Shown: positions 1 to 10,668 of the stretch, piece after piece
Layout of the letters: each line of letters begins with the position of its first letter
Position numbering within the stretch: position 1 is the stretch's first letter
Assembly (NCBI GenBank): GCA_026702745.1
Contig: JAPPBT010000058.1
Location: forward strand, 72,408 to 136,407
DNA length: 64,000 bases
Reading direction: 5' to 3'
Origin: Gemmatimonadota bacterium
Lineage (GTDB): Bacteria > JAAXHH01
Program-made: the position numbers and the translations under genes
Notes under the pieces: model-generated
What the model was told of the DNA's origin: nothing
The model's input: the letters and a program-made list of their open reading frames with translations, nothing else
The model's database searches: none

Positions 1-68
1 TCCGGTCCATGATCGGCGGCGCACTGGCCGCCAACATGACCGCCACCGTGGCGGGCCTCCTGATGTAG
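1..68 (+). CDS. 3' end of an upstream CDS (partial; C-terminus ...RSMIGGALAANMTATVAGLLM*)
   Basis: Open frame runs off the window start; TAG stop at 66-68 overlaps the GTG start of hrpA by 1 nt. Confidence 0.3.
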   Translation, partial: RSMIGGALAANMTATVAGLLM

Positions 69-3000
69 TGGACGCCTCCAGGGACCATAGGCTGGCGGCC
101 GAGATCCGGGAACTGCTCCCCCGCTGCACGCTCAAGGACCGGCGGGACATTCAGCGTGGGCTGAAAAGGTCGCGCGGTGCACGCGGCGGGAGAGGGAGTG
201 GTGTGCGCAGCGAGAACGAGAGCGGCGACCGCAGTAGGAGCGGCGACCGCAGCGGGAGTGGCGGCGGTGCGCGCAGTGGGAGTGGGAACCACGGCCGGCT
301 TCGCAGGCTGAAGGAGCAGGCGGACGCCTCGGCAAGGCTTGTGGAGGCACGCCTTCGGTCGGCCCCCTCCGTCGACATCGACCCCCAGTTGCCCATTTCA
401 ACTCGAAAAGATGAAATCCTCGAAACCCTGCGTGGCCACCCGGTGGTTATTGTGACGGGAGAGACCGGATCGGGCAAGACGACGCAGCTGCCCCGGATCT
501 GTCTCGAAGCCGGCCGGGGTATATACGGCCGCATCGCGTGCACGCAGCCCCGGCGCGTCGCCGCCCTGTCGGTCTCGCGCCGCATCGCCGAGGAGCTCGG
601 CGCGACCTGGGGACGGGAAGTCGGGTGCAAGATCAGGTTCACGGACGAGACCGTGGCCGAGACCCGTATCAAGATGATGACCGACGGCATGCTGCTCGCC
701 GAGATACAGCACGATCCGGACCTGCTTGAATACGACACGATCATCATCGACGAGGCCCATGAACGCAGCCTGAACATCGACTTTCTGCTCGGTTACCTGC
801 GACTGCTGACCCGGCGCAGGAAGGACCTCAAGATCGTGGTCACCTCGGCGACAATCGATGCCGCCGCTTTCTCGAACGCCTTCGGCCAGGCGCCGGTCGT
901 CGAAGTATCTGGACGGCTGCATCCGGTGGAGATCCGATATCTGCCCCTCGAGGATACCCGGGGCGAAGCCGAAGTATATACCTATGTCGACGGCGCGGTG
1001 GACGCGGTAGACAGGATCATGGAAGAACCCGGCCGGGGCGACATCCTGGTGTTCCTCCCCACGGAGAAAGATATCCACGAGACCCGCAGGCGACTCGAAG
1101 GCCGGTCCTACCGCCATACCGACGTGCTTCCGCTCTTCGGTCGGCTGACCAACGCAGACCAGCAGCGGGTGTTTCGGCCGGGGAACAACCGGCGCATCGT
1201 CGTGGCCACGAACGTCGCCGAGACCTCGCTGACCATTCCGCGCATCAAGTACGTCGTAGATACCGGCCTCGCGCGGATCAGCCGGTACGCCGCGCGGACC
1301 CGCACCCAGCGACTGCCCATCGAACCCATTGCGAAAAGCAGCGCCCAGCAGCGGGCCGGACGGTGCGGTCGCGTAATGGGAGGGGTCTGTTTTCGGCTCT
1401 ACAGCGAGGCCGACCTGGCGGGCCGGCCGGAGTTCACCACGCCCGAGTTGCAACGCGCCAATCTCGCCGAAGTCATCCTGCGCATGCTGGCGCTGAAACT
1501 GGGCGACGTCCACGCCTTCCCCTTTCTCGACCCACCCACGCCCCAGGCGGTCAGGGACGGGTTCGGGCTGCTCGTCGAACTGGGGGCCATCGACCGGAAT
1601 CGGCGGTTGACCGGCCGGGGCAGGGAGATGGCTAGATTGCCGGTATCGCCCACGGTATCGCGCATGCTGCTGCAGGCCCGGCAGGAGGGTGCCTTGCAGG
1701 AGGTTCTCGTGATCGCGTCGGCCATCAGCATACAGGACCCCCGCGTGAGGCCGCTCGACCAGCAGGAACAGGCGGACGCCGAACACCGCAAATTCAGGAA
1801 CCGGACCTCGGACTTCCTGACCCTGCTCAATATCTGGGAGGCCTTTCACCGCACTTTCGAGCATCTGCAGACCCAGGGCGCCATGCGCAAATTCTGCCGG
1901 CAACACTACCTGTCCTACAACCGCATGCGCGAGTGGCGCGATATCTACGTGCAACTTCGCCGCGCGCTCCGGGAATCCGGCGGTTTCCGAGGAAGGGCGG
2001 GACGTACCGGAAAAGCACACTACGACGCGATCCACCGGTCGATCCTCAGCGGACTGCTCAGCCAGGTTGCGGAATTCCGGGAAGGCAACCTATATACCGG
2101 GGCCCGGAACCGCACCGCCATGATCTTCCCCGGTTCCGGTCTCTTTCGACGGAAATCGGTCGACCGACACTCGGAGAAACGACCTGCCGGTCGGGGGGAC
2201 GCGGAAACCGGGAGGGATGGTGCGGATGGACCACGGAACACGACCGGCGCCGCAACCTGGATCGTAGCCGCGGAGATGGTCGAGACCAACCGGCTTTATG
2301 CGCGCACGGTGGCCCGGATACAATCCGTTTGGGCCGCCGAACTGGGCCGCCACCTGTGCCGCGCTTCCTGCTCCAATCCGGGGTGGGACCGGTCCACCGG
2401 GCGGGTGACGGCCACGGAAACGCTGCACCTGTACGGCCTGATGGTCGCCCGCCGTACTGTCGACTACAAGAAGATCGATCCCGATGACGCGACGCGTATT
2501 TTTATCCGCGAGGCACTAGTCGGCCTGGACGGCCAGAGCGGCCTGGACGGCCAGAGCGGCCTGGTCGGCCCGGTCAGCCCGGTCAGCCCGGTCGGCCCGG
2601 ACGGCGAAGATCTGCGAGCCCGGCATGACTTCCTGGAGCATAACCGCAAGATACGGCGGGATGCCGAAACCTGGCTGCTGCAACACCGTAACGCCTACCG
2701 CGTCGATCTCGACGAGGCCGCCTTCCGTTTCTACGAAGAACGGATCTCCGGGGTATCTTCGGTGCACGATCTCAACCGGCTGATGAAGACTGCCGGCGAG
2801 GAGGACACTTCCTTCCTGCACATGGAAATCGGGGATCTCACGGGAACCGCGGAAGAAGAGGGTGGGGCGGGAGGCCAGGATGGACCGGGCGGACCAGGAG
2901 GGCCAGGCAGTCCGGACCGGCCAGGCCGACCAGAGGGCTTCCCGGAACATTTCAACCTGGAAGGCGATCTGCTTCCCCTGCAGTATGCCTGCCGCCCGGG

Positions 3001-4300
3001 CCGTGAAGAGGATGGGGTCACCCTTACGCTGCCGGCAGACCGCGTCCATCTGCTGGATACCGATACGCTGGAATGGCTCGTGCCCGGCCTACTATGCGAG
3101 AAGATCGAAGCCCTCCTCCGGGGGCTTCCCGGAAGGAAACGCAAGCAGCTCGTGCCCATTCCGGAAACGGCCCGGACGATTGTGGAGAGCCTGGATCCTT
3201 CCGCTTCCTCCCTGACCGATGCGCTTGCGGCATACATCACCAGGCGGCACGGGATCGAAATCGACTCGACGGACTGGTCGCCCGGTTCCGTTCCCGATCA
3301 TCTGAGCATGCGCGTCCTCGTGACTGCGGAGGACGGGAGCACCGTTCTTTCCACCCGCGATCCGGACCGCCTGCAAGCCGAAGTCACGGACCGCGTCGCC
3401 GCCGTCGAATCGGAAGGATGGCGGAAGGCGGCGGAAAGCTGGGAGCAGTTTGACCTGCGGGACTGGTCGATCGGAGACCTGCCGGAAAGGGTCGAAATCG
3501 GTTTATCGGGAACCGTGCCGCAATACGCCTATCCCGGACTACAGGCCGATGACGACCTGGTGGACCTGCGCCTGTTCCGGGACCGTCACGAAGCGCTGCG
3601 GGAAAGCCGAGGGGGACTGGTACGCCTTCTCGAACGCCGGATGGGCGATGAAATGGCCTGGCTGCGCCGGGACCTGGCGTTTCTGCAAGACCTACATGCC
3701 CTGGCGGACCATGCCGGCGGGTCCGAAGCGCTGCAGGATTCCGCTTACGACCACCTCCTGGCCGCCCTGTTCACCCGGGAACCGCTGTATCCGCTGACAG
3801 CCCAGCGCTTCGAAGAAGACGTGGAGACCGCGCGGGCGCTGTTAAAGCAGCTCCCCCGCTGGTTTCGGCAACAGATGGAGGCACTGGAAGGGTTTGTCGG
3901 GAAAGACCTCGGAACGGCCGGCGCTTACCCCGGCATGAAAGACGACCTCGACCGGTTGTTTCCACCCGATTTCCTGCGGAAAACACCCGCCGTCGAATTG
4001 CCCAACCTGGGCCGATACCTCAAGGCGGTGGAAATACGTTCCCGCCGGGCCCGGGAAGACCGATCGAAGGACCTGAAGAAGGCGGAGCGGGTCAAGCCCT
4101 TCGTCGAAGCACTCAATTCACTCGGAGCCCGGGACAACGTGGATACCACCAGGCTGGATGAATTCAGGTGGTTGCTTGAGGAATTCCGCGTGTCGGTGTT
4201 CGCCCAGGAACTCGGGACCGCACGGACCGTCTCGCCGAAGAGACTGGAGGAATTAATGGGTAGGATCGAAGCGGGCTTCCGCGACCCGGGCGCTTCATGA
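68..4300 (+). CDS. hrpA: ATP-dependent RNA helicase HrpA (DEAH-box), with N-terminal RS/RG-rich and internal low-complexity insertions
   Basis: Walker A TGETGSGKTTQLP, DEAH box IIIDEAHERS, HrpA-like N-terminus, ~1400 aa; GTG start at 68. Confidence 0.9.
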   Translation: MDASRDHRLAAEIRELLPRCTLKDRRDIQRGLKRSRGARGGRGSGVRSENESGDRSRSGDRSGSGGGARSGSGNHGRLRRLKEQADASARLVEARLRSAPSVDIDPQLPISTRKDEILETLRGHPVVIVTGETGSGKTTQLPRICLEAGRGIYGRIACTQPRRVAALSVSRRIAEELGATWGREVGCKIRFTDETVAETRIKMMTDGMLLAEIQHDPDLLEYDTIIIDEAHERSLNIDFLLGYLRLLTRRRKDLKIVVTSATIDAAAFSNAFGQAPVVEVSGRLHPVEIRYLPLEDTRGEAEVYTYVDGAVDAVDRIMEEPGRGDILVFLPTEKDIHETRRRLEGRSYRHTDVLPLFGRLTNADQQRVFRPGNNRRIVVATNVAETSLTIPRIKYVVDTGLARISRYAARTRTQRLPIEPIAKSSAQQRAGRCGRVMGGVCFRLYSEADLAGRPEFTTPELQRANLAEVILRMLALKLGDVHAFPFLDPPTPQAVRDGFGLLVELGAIDRNRRLTGRGREMARLPVSPTVSRMLLQARQEGALQEVLVIASAISIQDPRVRPLDQQEQADAEHRKFRNRTSDFLTLLNIWEAFHRTFEHLQTQGAMRKFCRQHYLSYNRMREWRDIYVQLRRALRESGGFRGRAGRTGKAHYDAIHRSILSGLLSQVAEFREGNLYTGARNRTAMIFPGSGLFRRKSVDRHSEKRPAGRGDAETGRDGADGPRNTTGAATWIVAAEMVETNRLYARTVARIQSVWAAELGRHLCRASCSNPGWDRSTGRVTATETLHLYGLMVARRTVDYKKIDPDDATRIFIREALVGLDGQSGLDGQSGLVGPVSPVSPVGPDGEDLRARHDFLEHNRKIRRDAETWLLQHRNAYRVDLDEAAFRFYEERISGVSSVHDLNRLMKTAGEEDTSFLHMEIGDLTGTAEEEGGAGGQDGPGGPGGPGSPDRPGRPEGFPEHFNLEGDLLPLQYACRPGREEDGVTLTLPADRVHLLDTDTLEWLVPGLLCEKIEALLRGLPGRKRKQLVPIPETARTIVESLDPSASSLTDALAAYITRRHGIEIDSTDWSPGSVPDHLSMRVLVTAEDGSTVLSTRDPDRLQAEVTDRVAAVESEGWRKAAESWEQFDLRDWSIGDLPERVEIGLSGTVPQYAYPGLQADDDLVDLRLFRDRHEALRESRGGLVRLLERRMGDEMAWLRRDLAFLQDLHALADHAGGSEALQDSAYDHLLAALFTREPLYPLTAQRFEEDVETARALLKQLPRWFRQQMEALEGFVGKDLGTAGAYPGMKDDLDRLFPPDFLRKTPAVELPNLGRYLKAVEIRSRRAREDRSKDLKKAERVKPFVEALNSLGARDNVDTTRLDEFRWLLEEFRVSVFAQELGTARTVSPKRLEELMGRIEAGFRDPGAS
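2522..2605 (+). repeat. In-frame tandem repeats inside hrpA (18-bp unit ggcctggacggccagagc x2, then 9-bp ccggtcagc-like units) encoding GLDGQSGLDGQSGLVGPVSPVSPVGPDG
   Basis: Direct repeats visible in the DNA; period is a multiple of 3. Confidence 0.8.
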
Positions 4301-4304
4301 GGCT

Positions 4305-4991
4305 TCAAGAGACGTATCGCGTCGGATCCTTGAAACCGGCTTCTTCGAATCCGTTCCGCCGGAGGATGCAGGCGTCGCATCGGCCGCATGCCGCCCCGTC
4401 TTTCGCCGGGTCGTAACAGCTGGTCGTGAGGGCGTAGTCCACCCCGAGCCGGACTCCGGTACGCAGGATATCGGCCTTGGACAATTCGATGAGCGGCGCA
4501 TGGATATTGAACCGGCCTTCGCCGCTCACCCCAGCGCGCGTGGCCAGGTTGGCCAGGTGCTCGTAGGCCGCGATATATTCGGGCCGGCAATCGGGATAGC
4601 CGCTGTAATCGATGGCGTTGGCGCCGATGTACAGGTCGAAGGCACCGAGCACCTCGGCCCAGCCCAGCGCGAAGGACAGAAAGATGGTGTTGCGGGCCGA
4701 GACGTAGGTGGACGGGATCTGCCCGGCCATGGTCTCCGGATCCTGATCCCTGGGCACAGGGATGTCATCCGTCAGCGCAGACCCGCCGATAGCCCGCAGG
4801 TCGAAGGGTATGGTCACGTGACGCCCCACCCCCATGGACTCGGCGACGCGCCTGGCCGCTTCGAGCTCGAAACGGTGGCGCTGGCCGTAATCGAAGGTGA
4901 TTGCGTGGCACGCGAATCCTTCGTGCCGGGCGATGGCGAGCGTGGTCGCCGAATCGACCCCGCCGCTGAGCAGGACGACGGCAGCCTTCAT
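4305..4991 (-). CDS. queC: 7-cyano-7-deazaguanine synthase QueC
   Basis: [16 protein letters not shown]-loop N-terminus, ~229 aa; start placed at the Met before the SGGxDS motif. Confidence 0.85.
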   Translation of the reverse strand: MKAAVVLLSGGVDSATTLAIARHEGFACHAITFDYGQRHRFELEAARRVAESMGVGRHVTIPFDLRAIGGSALTDDIPVPRDQDPETMAGQIPSTYVSARNTIFLSFALGWAEVLGAFDLYIGANAIDYSGYPDCRPEYIAAYEHLANLATRAGVSGEGRFNIHAPLIELSKADILRTGVRLGVDYALTTSCYDPAKDGAACGRCDACILRRNGFEEAGFKDPTRYVS

Positions 4992-5167
4992 GGCGGTCCC
5001 ATCCATCAGGAAGTATAGAGCAGACTGGCGATGATGGATCCGGTGATCGGAATGCACCCTCGTCCCATGTATAGAACGCGGGAAGATTATACCACCGTTG
5101 CATAGATGCGATCGGGCGCAATATATTGAGTTAGTCGCAAAACCGCAATGCTTCTAGCCTGTAATCC

Positions 5168-5172
5168 GGAGG
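5168..5172 (+). promoter_or_regulatory. Shine-Dalgarno GGAGG, 6 nt upstream of the ATG at 5179
   Basis: ccGGAGGcaaaacATG. Confidence 0.5.
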
Positions 5173-5178
5173 CAAAAC

Positions 5179-6063
5179 ATGTTCAGAGACGTGCGTGTTG
5201 CGGCGATCTCGTTCAAACCGGTCAAGCTGGACCTGCAGGGAAACGCGGCCCGGCTGGAGGGGATGTTTCGCGAGGCCGCGGCCGGTGGGGCCGAACTCGC
5301 GGTCGCGCCGGAGGGCGTGCTGGAAGGCTACGTGGTCAACGAGATCATCGACGGCGATATCTCACCGGAGGAAATGAACCGCGTCTCGCTCACTATGCGC
5401 AGCCCGGTCATCGGGCGGTTCCGGGAACTCGCGAAATCGCTGGATATGTGCCTCGCCTTCGGTCTCGCCGAGCGGATCGGGGGCGAGGTATACAACTGCG
5501 CGGTATTCCTGGACCACCGGGGACGGCTGCGGGGCAAGTACCACAAGATGCAGCTGGCAGAGGGCCATCACCGGTCGTGGTGGTTCAACTGCCTCGGCAA
5601 GCGGAGCCGCGCCTTCGACACCCCCTTCGGCCGGGCCGGCATGGTCATCTGCAATGATCGGTGGAACCCGGATATTGCCCGCATTCCGGTGCTCGATGGT
5701 GCCCGGTACCTGCTCATTCCCTCCTTCGGATCGACGGCCCGCGCCCAGGACCTTGCGGTGCTCTCCCGGGCCCGGGAGAACGGCGTGCCCATCGTCGAAG
5801 CCAACGTCGGCGTCACACTGATCGTGAGCAAAGGTGAAATCGTCGTCCTGTCCCGCAAGCAGACCGTTATTACCCATGGGACCATCGCCGTTCCGGCGCC
5901 GCCGTCGCTTCGGAACCGGGACCGTCATGAACGGGGATTCCTCGCCTGGCGCAGCCGCGAAATGCCCCTGCGGTACCGGGACCGTATGCGCAGAAGCAGG
6001 CAGGGCCGGGACACCGTTGAGGTCGGCCATGACGCGAAGGGCCGGCTGATCGACAAGGACTGA
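5179..6063 (+). CDS. Carbon-nitrogen hydrolase family protein (nitrilase/amidase superfamily)
   Basis: CN-hydrolase-like sequence (LAVAPEGVLEGY ...; conserved C in VYNCAVFLD), 294 aa. Confidence 0.65.
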   Translation: MFRDVRVAAISFKPVKLDLQGNAARLEGMFREAAAGGAELAVAPEGVLEGYVVNEIIDGDISPEEMNRVSLTMRSPVIGRFRELAKSLDMCLAFGLAERIGGEVYNCAVFLDHRGRLRGKYHKMQLAEGHHRSWWFNCLGKRSRAFDTPFGRAGMVICNDRWNPDIARIPVLDGARYLLIPSFGSTARAQDLAVLSRARENGVPIVEANVGVTLIVSKGEIVVLSRKQTVITHGTIAVPAPPSLRNRDRHERGFLAWRSREMPLRYRDRMRRSRQGRDTVEVGHDAKGRLIDKD

Positions 6064-6147
6064 CGGCCTCAGAACCCATTGGTGCGCCTTAAAATGCGTC
6101 TTGCCTGTCCAATCGCTGTTCCCTTATCTTTTTCGTGATTGTCAGAC

Positions 6148-6218
6148 GGCCGGCGTGCGGTTCGGTTCGCCGGCGTTTGGTATGGGCCACCGGCGTGTGG
6201 TTCGGTCCGCCGGCCGGA
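6148..6218 (+). promoter_or_regulatory. Tandem pair of near-identical hairpins (ccggcgtgNggttcggtNcgccggc, 40 nt apart) in the nadE 5' leader; candidate cis-regulatory RNA
   Basis: Two direct copies, each a 6-7 bp GC stem with a 12-nt loop (UGCGGUUCGGUU / UGUGGUUCGGUC); located 40-110 nt upstream of the nadE start. Confidence 0.35.
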
Positions 6219-6258
6219 ATGCCGGATCGACCCGTTTCGCACGGATTCGTTGCGAGAT

Positions 6259-8310
6259 ATGGTGATTATGGACTCCAAGTTCACACCCGACCAGTTCCTC
6301 GACATCCGCAGTCACGGCTTCGTCCGCCTGGCCATTGCCGTACCCCGCATACGGGTGGGCGATCCCGCGGAGAACGTGGCCCATCACCTCGAACAGATCG
6401 AATCGGCCGGAAAACAAGGGGCTTCCTACGTCCTCTTCCCCGAACTGAGTCTCACCGGCTATACCTGCGCAGATCTCTTCCACTCCCAGGCACTGCTGGA
6501 AGGCGCCCTGGAGGGCCTGGAAGCGTTGCTCGACGGCACGGAGGATTTCGACCTGGCCTTCAGTTTCGGCATGCCGCTGCGGCTGGACCACGCGGTCTTC
6601 AACGTCGCGGTGACCTGCACACGCGGCAAGATCCTGACGGTAACGCCCAAGACCTATCTTCCCCAGTATCGCGAATTCTACGAGACGCGGTACTTCGCCC
6701 GGGCAGCCGAAGCGCAGACGGAGACCGTATCCCTCTGCGGCCGGGACGCGCCCTTCGGACCGGACGTGCTCCTGCGTACGGATGATCCCCGGGTGGTGAT
6801 CTACCCGACGATCTGTGAAGACGACTGGGTACCGGTCCCGCCGGCCAGCCGTGCGGCGCTGGCGGGGGCGACCATACTCGCAAATCTCTCCGCTTCGAAC
6901 ATCGTCATCGGCAAGGCGCAGTACCGCGCGGACCTCATCCTGGCCTCCTCGGGACGCAACGAAGCCGTACACCTGTACGCCGCGGCGGGCTTCGGGGAAT
7001 CGACCATGGACGTGGTATGGGACGGCCACGGGTTCATCGCCGAGCGTGGCTACATGCTGGCGAAAACGGAACGCTTTCAACTGGACGGGGCCTGCATCAC
7101 GGCGGACGTGGACGCAGAGGCGCTGGTGCTGGAGCGCGGCGTCCAGGGCTCGTTCCGGCAGAACGCCATGGACTACAAGTCATCCTGGCGGTCCGTCTCA
7201 TTGCCGGGCTTCCGACCCGGACAGGCCGGGGATGAGGATGCCGATGCCGCCGGAAGGGGTTGTGAAGCGACGCATCAAGCCTTCCATCGTGACATCCCGG
7301 CCCATCCCTTCGTACCGCAGAATCCGGCGGAACGCAGCCAGCGTTGCCGCGAGGTCTTCATGATCCAGGCCACGGGGCTGGCGACCAAGCTCAGATCGCT
7401 GCCCGAAGATAACCGGCGCGTTGTCATTGCGGTCTCCGGCGGCCAGGATTCGACCCACGCCCTGAACGTGGCGGTGCACACCATGGACCTGCTCGGTCTG
7501 CCCAGGTCCCGCATCGTGGCCCTGACCATGCCGGGACTGGGCACCACGGAGCGGACCTACACGAACGCCTGCGCCCTGATCCGGGCCGTCGGCGCTACGT
7601 TCCGGGAGATCGACATCAAACCCGCGGTGCGAAAGTTCTTCGCGGACATCGAGCATTCGGAAGACAAGAAAGACCTCGTCTACGAGAACACCCAGGCATG
7701 GACGCGGAAGCTGGAGGAGCTCGCCACGGCCGCCCAGGTCAGAGGCATCGTGCTCGGCACGGGAGACCTCTCGGAACTGGCGCTGGGATGGTGCACCATG
7801 TTCGGGGATCACGCCAGCCACTACGGGGTCAACGCCGGGATACCCAAGACCCTCATTTCCTACCTGATCAAGTGGACGGCCGACGTGGTCTTCGAGGAGG
7901 AACCGGAGGTCCGCGAGGTACTGCTGGACATCCTCGACACGCCCATTTCGCCGGAACTGCTGCCCCCGAGTGATCGCGAAATCGCACAGAAAACCGAAGA
8001 AGAGATCGGTCCGTACGAGCTGCACGACTTCTTCATCTACTACTTCCTGCGATTCGGCTTTTCGCCTTCGCGGATCGCCCGGATGGCGCTCCACGCCTTC
8101 GAGGGAAAGTACGGACTCCCCGAGATCAAGGCCTGGCTCCGCGTCTTCATCGTCCGGTTTTTCCAGAACCAGTTCAAACGGAACTGCCTGCCCGAAGGGC
8201 CCAAGGTCGGCATGACCTGCATCTCCCCGCGCGGCGACTGGCGGATGCCGTCAGATGCTTCGCCGGCAGCCTGGCTGGCGGACCTGGAACGCATCCCCGA
8301 TGCGCTATAG
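6259..8310 (+). CDS. nadE: Glutamine-dependent NAD+ synthetase (N-terminal CN-hydrolase domain plus C-terminal NAD synthetase)
   Basis: PP-loop [15 protein letters not shown]-terminal nitrilase-like domain, ~684 aa; start at ATG 6259 (or 6268). Confidence 0.85.
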   Translation: MVIMDSKFTPDQFLDIRSHGFVRLAIAVPRIRVGDPAENVAHHLEQIESAGKQGASYVLFPELSLTGYTCADLFHSQALLEGALEGLEALLDGTEDFDLAFSFGMPLRLDHAVFNVAVTCTRGKILTVTPKTYLPQYREFYETRYFARAAEAQTETVSLCGRDAPFGPDVLLRTDDPRVVIYPTICEDDWVPVPPASRAALAGATILANLSASNIVIGKAQYRADLILASSGRNEAVHLYAAAGFGESTMDVVWDGHGFIAERGYMLAKTERFQLDGACITADVDAEALVLERGVQGSFRQNAMDYKSSWRSVSLPGFRPGQAGDEDADAAGRGCEATHQAFHRDIPAHPFVPQNPAERSQRCREVFMIQATGLATKLRSLPEDNRRVVIAVSGGQDSTHALNVAVHTMDLLGLPRSRIVALTMPGLGTTERTYTNACALIRAVGATFREIDIKPAVRKFFADIEHSEDKKDLVYENTQAWTRKLEELATAAQVRGIVLGTGDLSELALGWCTMFGDHASHYGVNAGIPKTLISYLIKWTADVVFEEEPEVREVLLDILDTPISPELLPPSDREIAQKTEEEIGPYELHDFFIYYFLRFGFSPSRIARMALHAFEGKYGLPEIKAWLRVFIVRFFQNQFKRNCLPEGPKVGMTCISPRGDWRMPSDASPAAWLADLERIPDAL

Positions 8311-9355
8311 ACCACCCGGCGAAGTGCCGCCCCACTACCGGCCCGAGTCCGTCGAGACCTGCTGGCGCGTTCCCTACGGAGAACGGGCGGCCGATGCCCG
8401 CGCGTGGGCGGCGGAACACGGCATCCGATCCTCGGCCTTAGATGAATGGCGCACCGCGCTGCTCCTGGTGGACTGCCAAAACACCTTCTGTCTTCCCGAG
8501 TTCGAACTCTTCGTAGCAGGCCGGAGCGGCCGGGGCGCAGTGGAAGACAACGCGCGGCTCTGCGCCTTTATCTACCGCAATCTACATTCCATCTCGGAAA
8601 TCATCCCGACGATGGACACCCACACGGCCCACCAGGTCTTCCATCCGGTGTTCTGGGTAGACCGGGACGGCGAACACCCCACCGGCGGCGAGACCGTCAT
8701 CACACCGGACGACGTGGAAGCGGGAACCTGGCGCGTCAACCCGGCCGTGGAGGCCGGATTCAGCAACCGGATCGATCTCTCCGCCTACGCATTGCATTAC
8801 GTCCGGCGCCTCACGCGGGACGGCAAGTATCCCCTCATGATCTGGCCTTACCACGCCATGCTCGGGGGTATCGGCCACGCCCTGGTGTCCGCTGTAGAGG
8901 AGGCGGTCTTCTTTCACAGCATCGCCCGGGTGCGGCAGACGCGTTTCGAGATCAAGGGGAACCATGCTCTCACGGAAAACTACTCGGCGTTGCGCCCTGA
9001 AGTGACGGAAGACGCCGAAGGCCGCCCGCTGGGCGTGAAGAACACGCCGCTGGGCGTGAAGAACACGCCGCTGGTCGACCACCTGATGACCTTTGACGCC
9101 GTCATCGTGGCCGGGCAGGCCAAGAGCCACTGCGTGGCGTGGACGGTGGAGGATCTAAAGTCGGAGTTCGCCGCGCACAAGCCGTCCATGACCGCGCGCG
9201 TCTGCCTGCTGGAGGACTGTACCTCGCCGGTCGTCGTGCCCGGTGTGATCGATTTCACCGAAGAGGCGGAGGAGGCCTTCGGCCGTTTCGCCGACGCGGG
9301 CATGCACCGGGTGCGTTCCACCGTGCCCATGGACCGTTGGGGGATTCCGGACTGA
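8300..9355 (+). CDS. Isochorismatase-family cysteine hydrolase (long form), possibly a nicotinamidase-like amidase
   Basis: [11 protein letters not shown] and [11 protein letters not shown] motifs of isochorismatase-like hydrolases; overlaps the nadE stop by 11 nt. Confidence 0.6.
   Translation: MRYRPPGEVPPHYRPESVETCWRVPYGERAADARAWAAEHGIRSSALDEWRTALLLVDCQNTFCLPEFELFVAGRSGRGAVEDNARLCAFIYRNLHSISEIIPTMDTHTAHQVFHPVFWVDRDGEHPTGGETVITPDDVEAGTWRVNPAVEAGFSNRIDLSAYALHYVRRLTRDGKYPLMIWPYHAMLGGIGHALVSAVEEAVFFHSIARVRQTRFEIKGNHALTENYSALRPEVTEDAEGRPLGVKNTPLGVKNTPLVDHLMTFDAVIVAGQAKSHCVAWTVEDLKSEFAAHKPSMTARVCLLEDCTSPVVVPGVIDFTEEAEEAFGRFADAGMHRVRSTVPMDRWGIPD
9026..9074 (+). repeat. In-frame 21-bp tandem repeat (ccgctgggcgtgaagaacacg x2.3) encoding PLGVKNT repeats inside the isochorismatase-like CDS
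   Basis: Perfect direct repeat in the DNA. Confidence 0.85.
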
Positions 9356-9380
9356 GGACGCCCGGCACGCGACCGCTTCT

Positions 9381-10538
9381 CTACCTGCCGGAAGGACAGC
9401 ATTCCGCCGGACATCGATCCGGCCAGGGACCCAGGACGCCTTCGGCCGGCCGGGGCGTCCCGGCCATCCTGGTCGTCCCGGCCGGTCCGGTCGCCGCCGG
9501 GGACAACCGTTCTTCGACGAGGTCCACGATCATGTCCACGAAGCGGGGATGGGTCCCCGCCGTCTCCGCCCGGACCATGCACACCCCGAGTTCATCGCAT
9601 AAAGCCCGCGTTTCCACGTCCAGGTCGTAGGCCACCTCCATGTGATCCGAGATGAAACCCACGGGGATCACCACGATATCGCAGCCCGCCTGGTCCGCCT
9701 GATCCGCCGAGTCCACCTTGTCCGCCGAGTCCACCTTGTCCGACGAGTCCACCTTGTTCGACGAGTCCACCTTGTCCACCTGGTCTGCCCGGGCCGTTCG
9801 GGCCGCGCCTGCTTCGTGGAACGACCGGATATAGTCGCAGACGTCGGGTTCCAGCCAGGGCTGGGCGGGCGGCCCGCTGCGGCTCTGAAAGGTCAGCGCC
9901 CAGGAGGACGCGCTGACGCGCTCGCTGATGAGCCGTGACGCTTCGCGGAGTTGCGCTTCATAGGCACAGCCGCCGGCCATGGCCAGGGGTATGCTGTGGG
10001 CGGTGTACACGAGGTGCGCCTGCGGACGGCGTTCCCCCGGCAGGCGATCCAAAGCAGCGCGAACGCGCGCCGTCATCGTTTCGATGAATCCCGGGTGATT
10101 GAAAAAGGGCCTGATCTTCTCGATCACCGGTGCGTCGGGCCCCGCGTCGCGCCGGGCCGCCTCGATGTTTTCCAGGTACTGCCTGCAGTTCGACCAGGAG
10201 CTGTACGGAGACGTGACAAAGGCCAGCGCCCGCTTAATCCCGTCCGCGGCCATGCGCCCGACCGTATCCGGAAGCAGGGGATGCCAGTTTCGGTTTCCCC
10301 AGTAGACCGGCAGGGAGAGGTCGCGGGTTTCCAACGCCGCTTCCAGGGCGGAGATCAAGGCGCGGTTCTGGCCGTTGATCGGGCTCACCCCGTCGAAATG
10401 ATGGTAGTGTTCCGCGACCTCCATCATCCGTTCCCGGGGGACGCGCCGGCCCTTGAGCACGCGCTCGAGGAAGGGGATGACTTCGTCTGCGCCTTCGGGG
10501 CCTCCGAAGGAAACCAGGAGCAGTGCGTCGTAGTTCAA
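9381..10538 (-). CDS. hemH: Ferrochelatase (likely coproporphyrin ferrochelatase CpfC/HemH) with an internal KVDSxD repeat insertion and a Cys-containing C-terminal tail
   Basis: MNYDALLLVSFGGPEG N-terminus, ferrochelatase-like ...PVGFISDHMEV...; C-terminus ...CPAECCPSGR. Confidence 0.85.
   Translation of the reverse strand: MNYDALLLVSFGGPEGADEVIPFLERVLKGRRVPRERMMEVAEHYHHFDGVSPINGQNRALISALEAALETRDLSLPVYWGNRNWHPLLPDTVGRMAADGIKRALAFVTSPYSSWSNCRQYLENIEAARRDAGPDAPVIEKIRPFFNHPGFIETMTARVRAALDRLPGERRPQAHLVYTAHSIPLAMAGGCAYEAQLREASRLISERVSASSWALTFQSRSGPPAQPWLEPDVCDYIRSFHEAGAARTARADQVDKVDSSNKVDSSDKVDSADKVDSADQADQAGCDIVVIPVGFISDHMEVAYDLDVETRALCDELGVCMVRAETAGTHPRFVDMIVDLVEERLSPAATGPAGTTRMAGTPRPAEGVLGPWPDRCPAECCPSGR
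9706..9777 (-). repeat. In-frame 18-bp tandem repeat (gVcgagtccaccttgtYc x4) inside hemH encoding (KVDSxD)n
   Basis: Four-plus direct copies; period 18 is 6 codons. Confidence 0.85.
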
Positions 10539-10668
10539 AAGCCTTCCTCTCCGCAGGGTGTGCCGACTCTGTATTTCCTTGCCATGCTACCGGTTCGACC
10601 CTAATTTACGCACGGCTGGACCATCGGAATTTGGCGTGGTATCTCAGAATAGGCAACAGGGAAGCGCA

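Noticed and set aside
398-2035. 545-aa ORF antisense to hrpA
   Set aside because: It lies entirely within a well-supported helicase gene and its translation is low-complexity, so it is a GC-rich shadow ORF.
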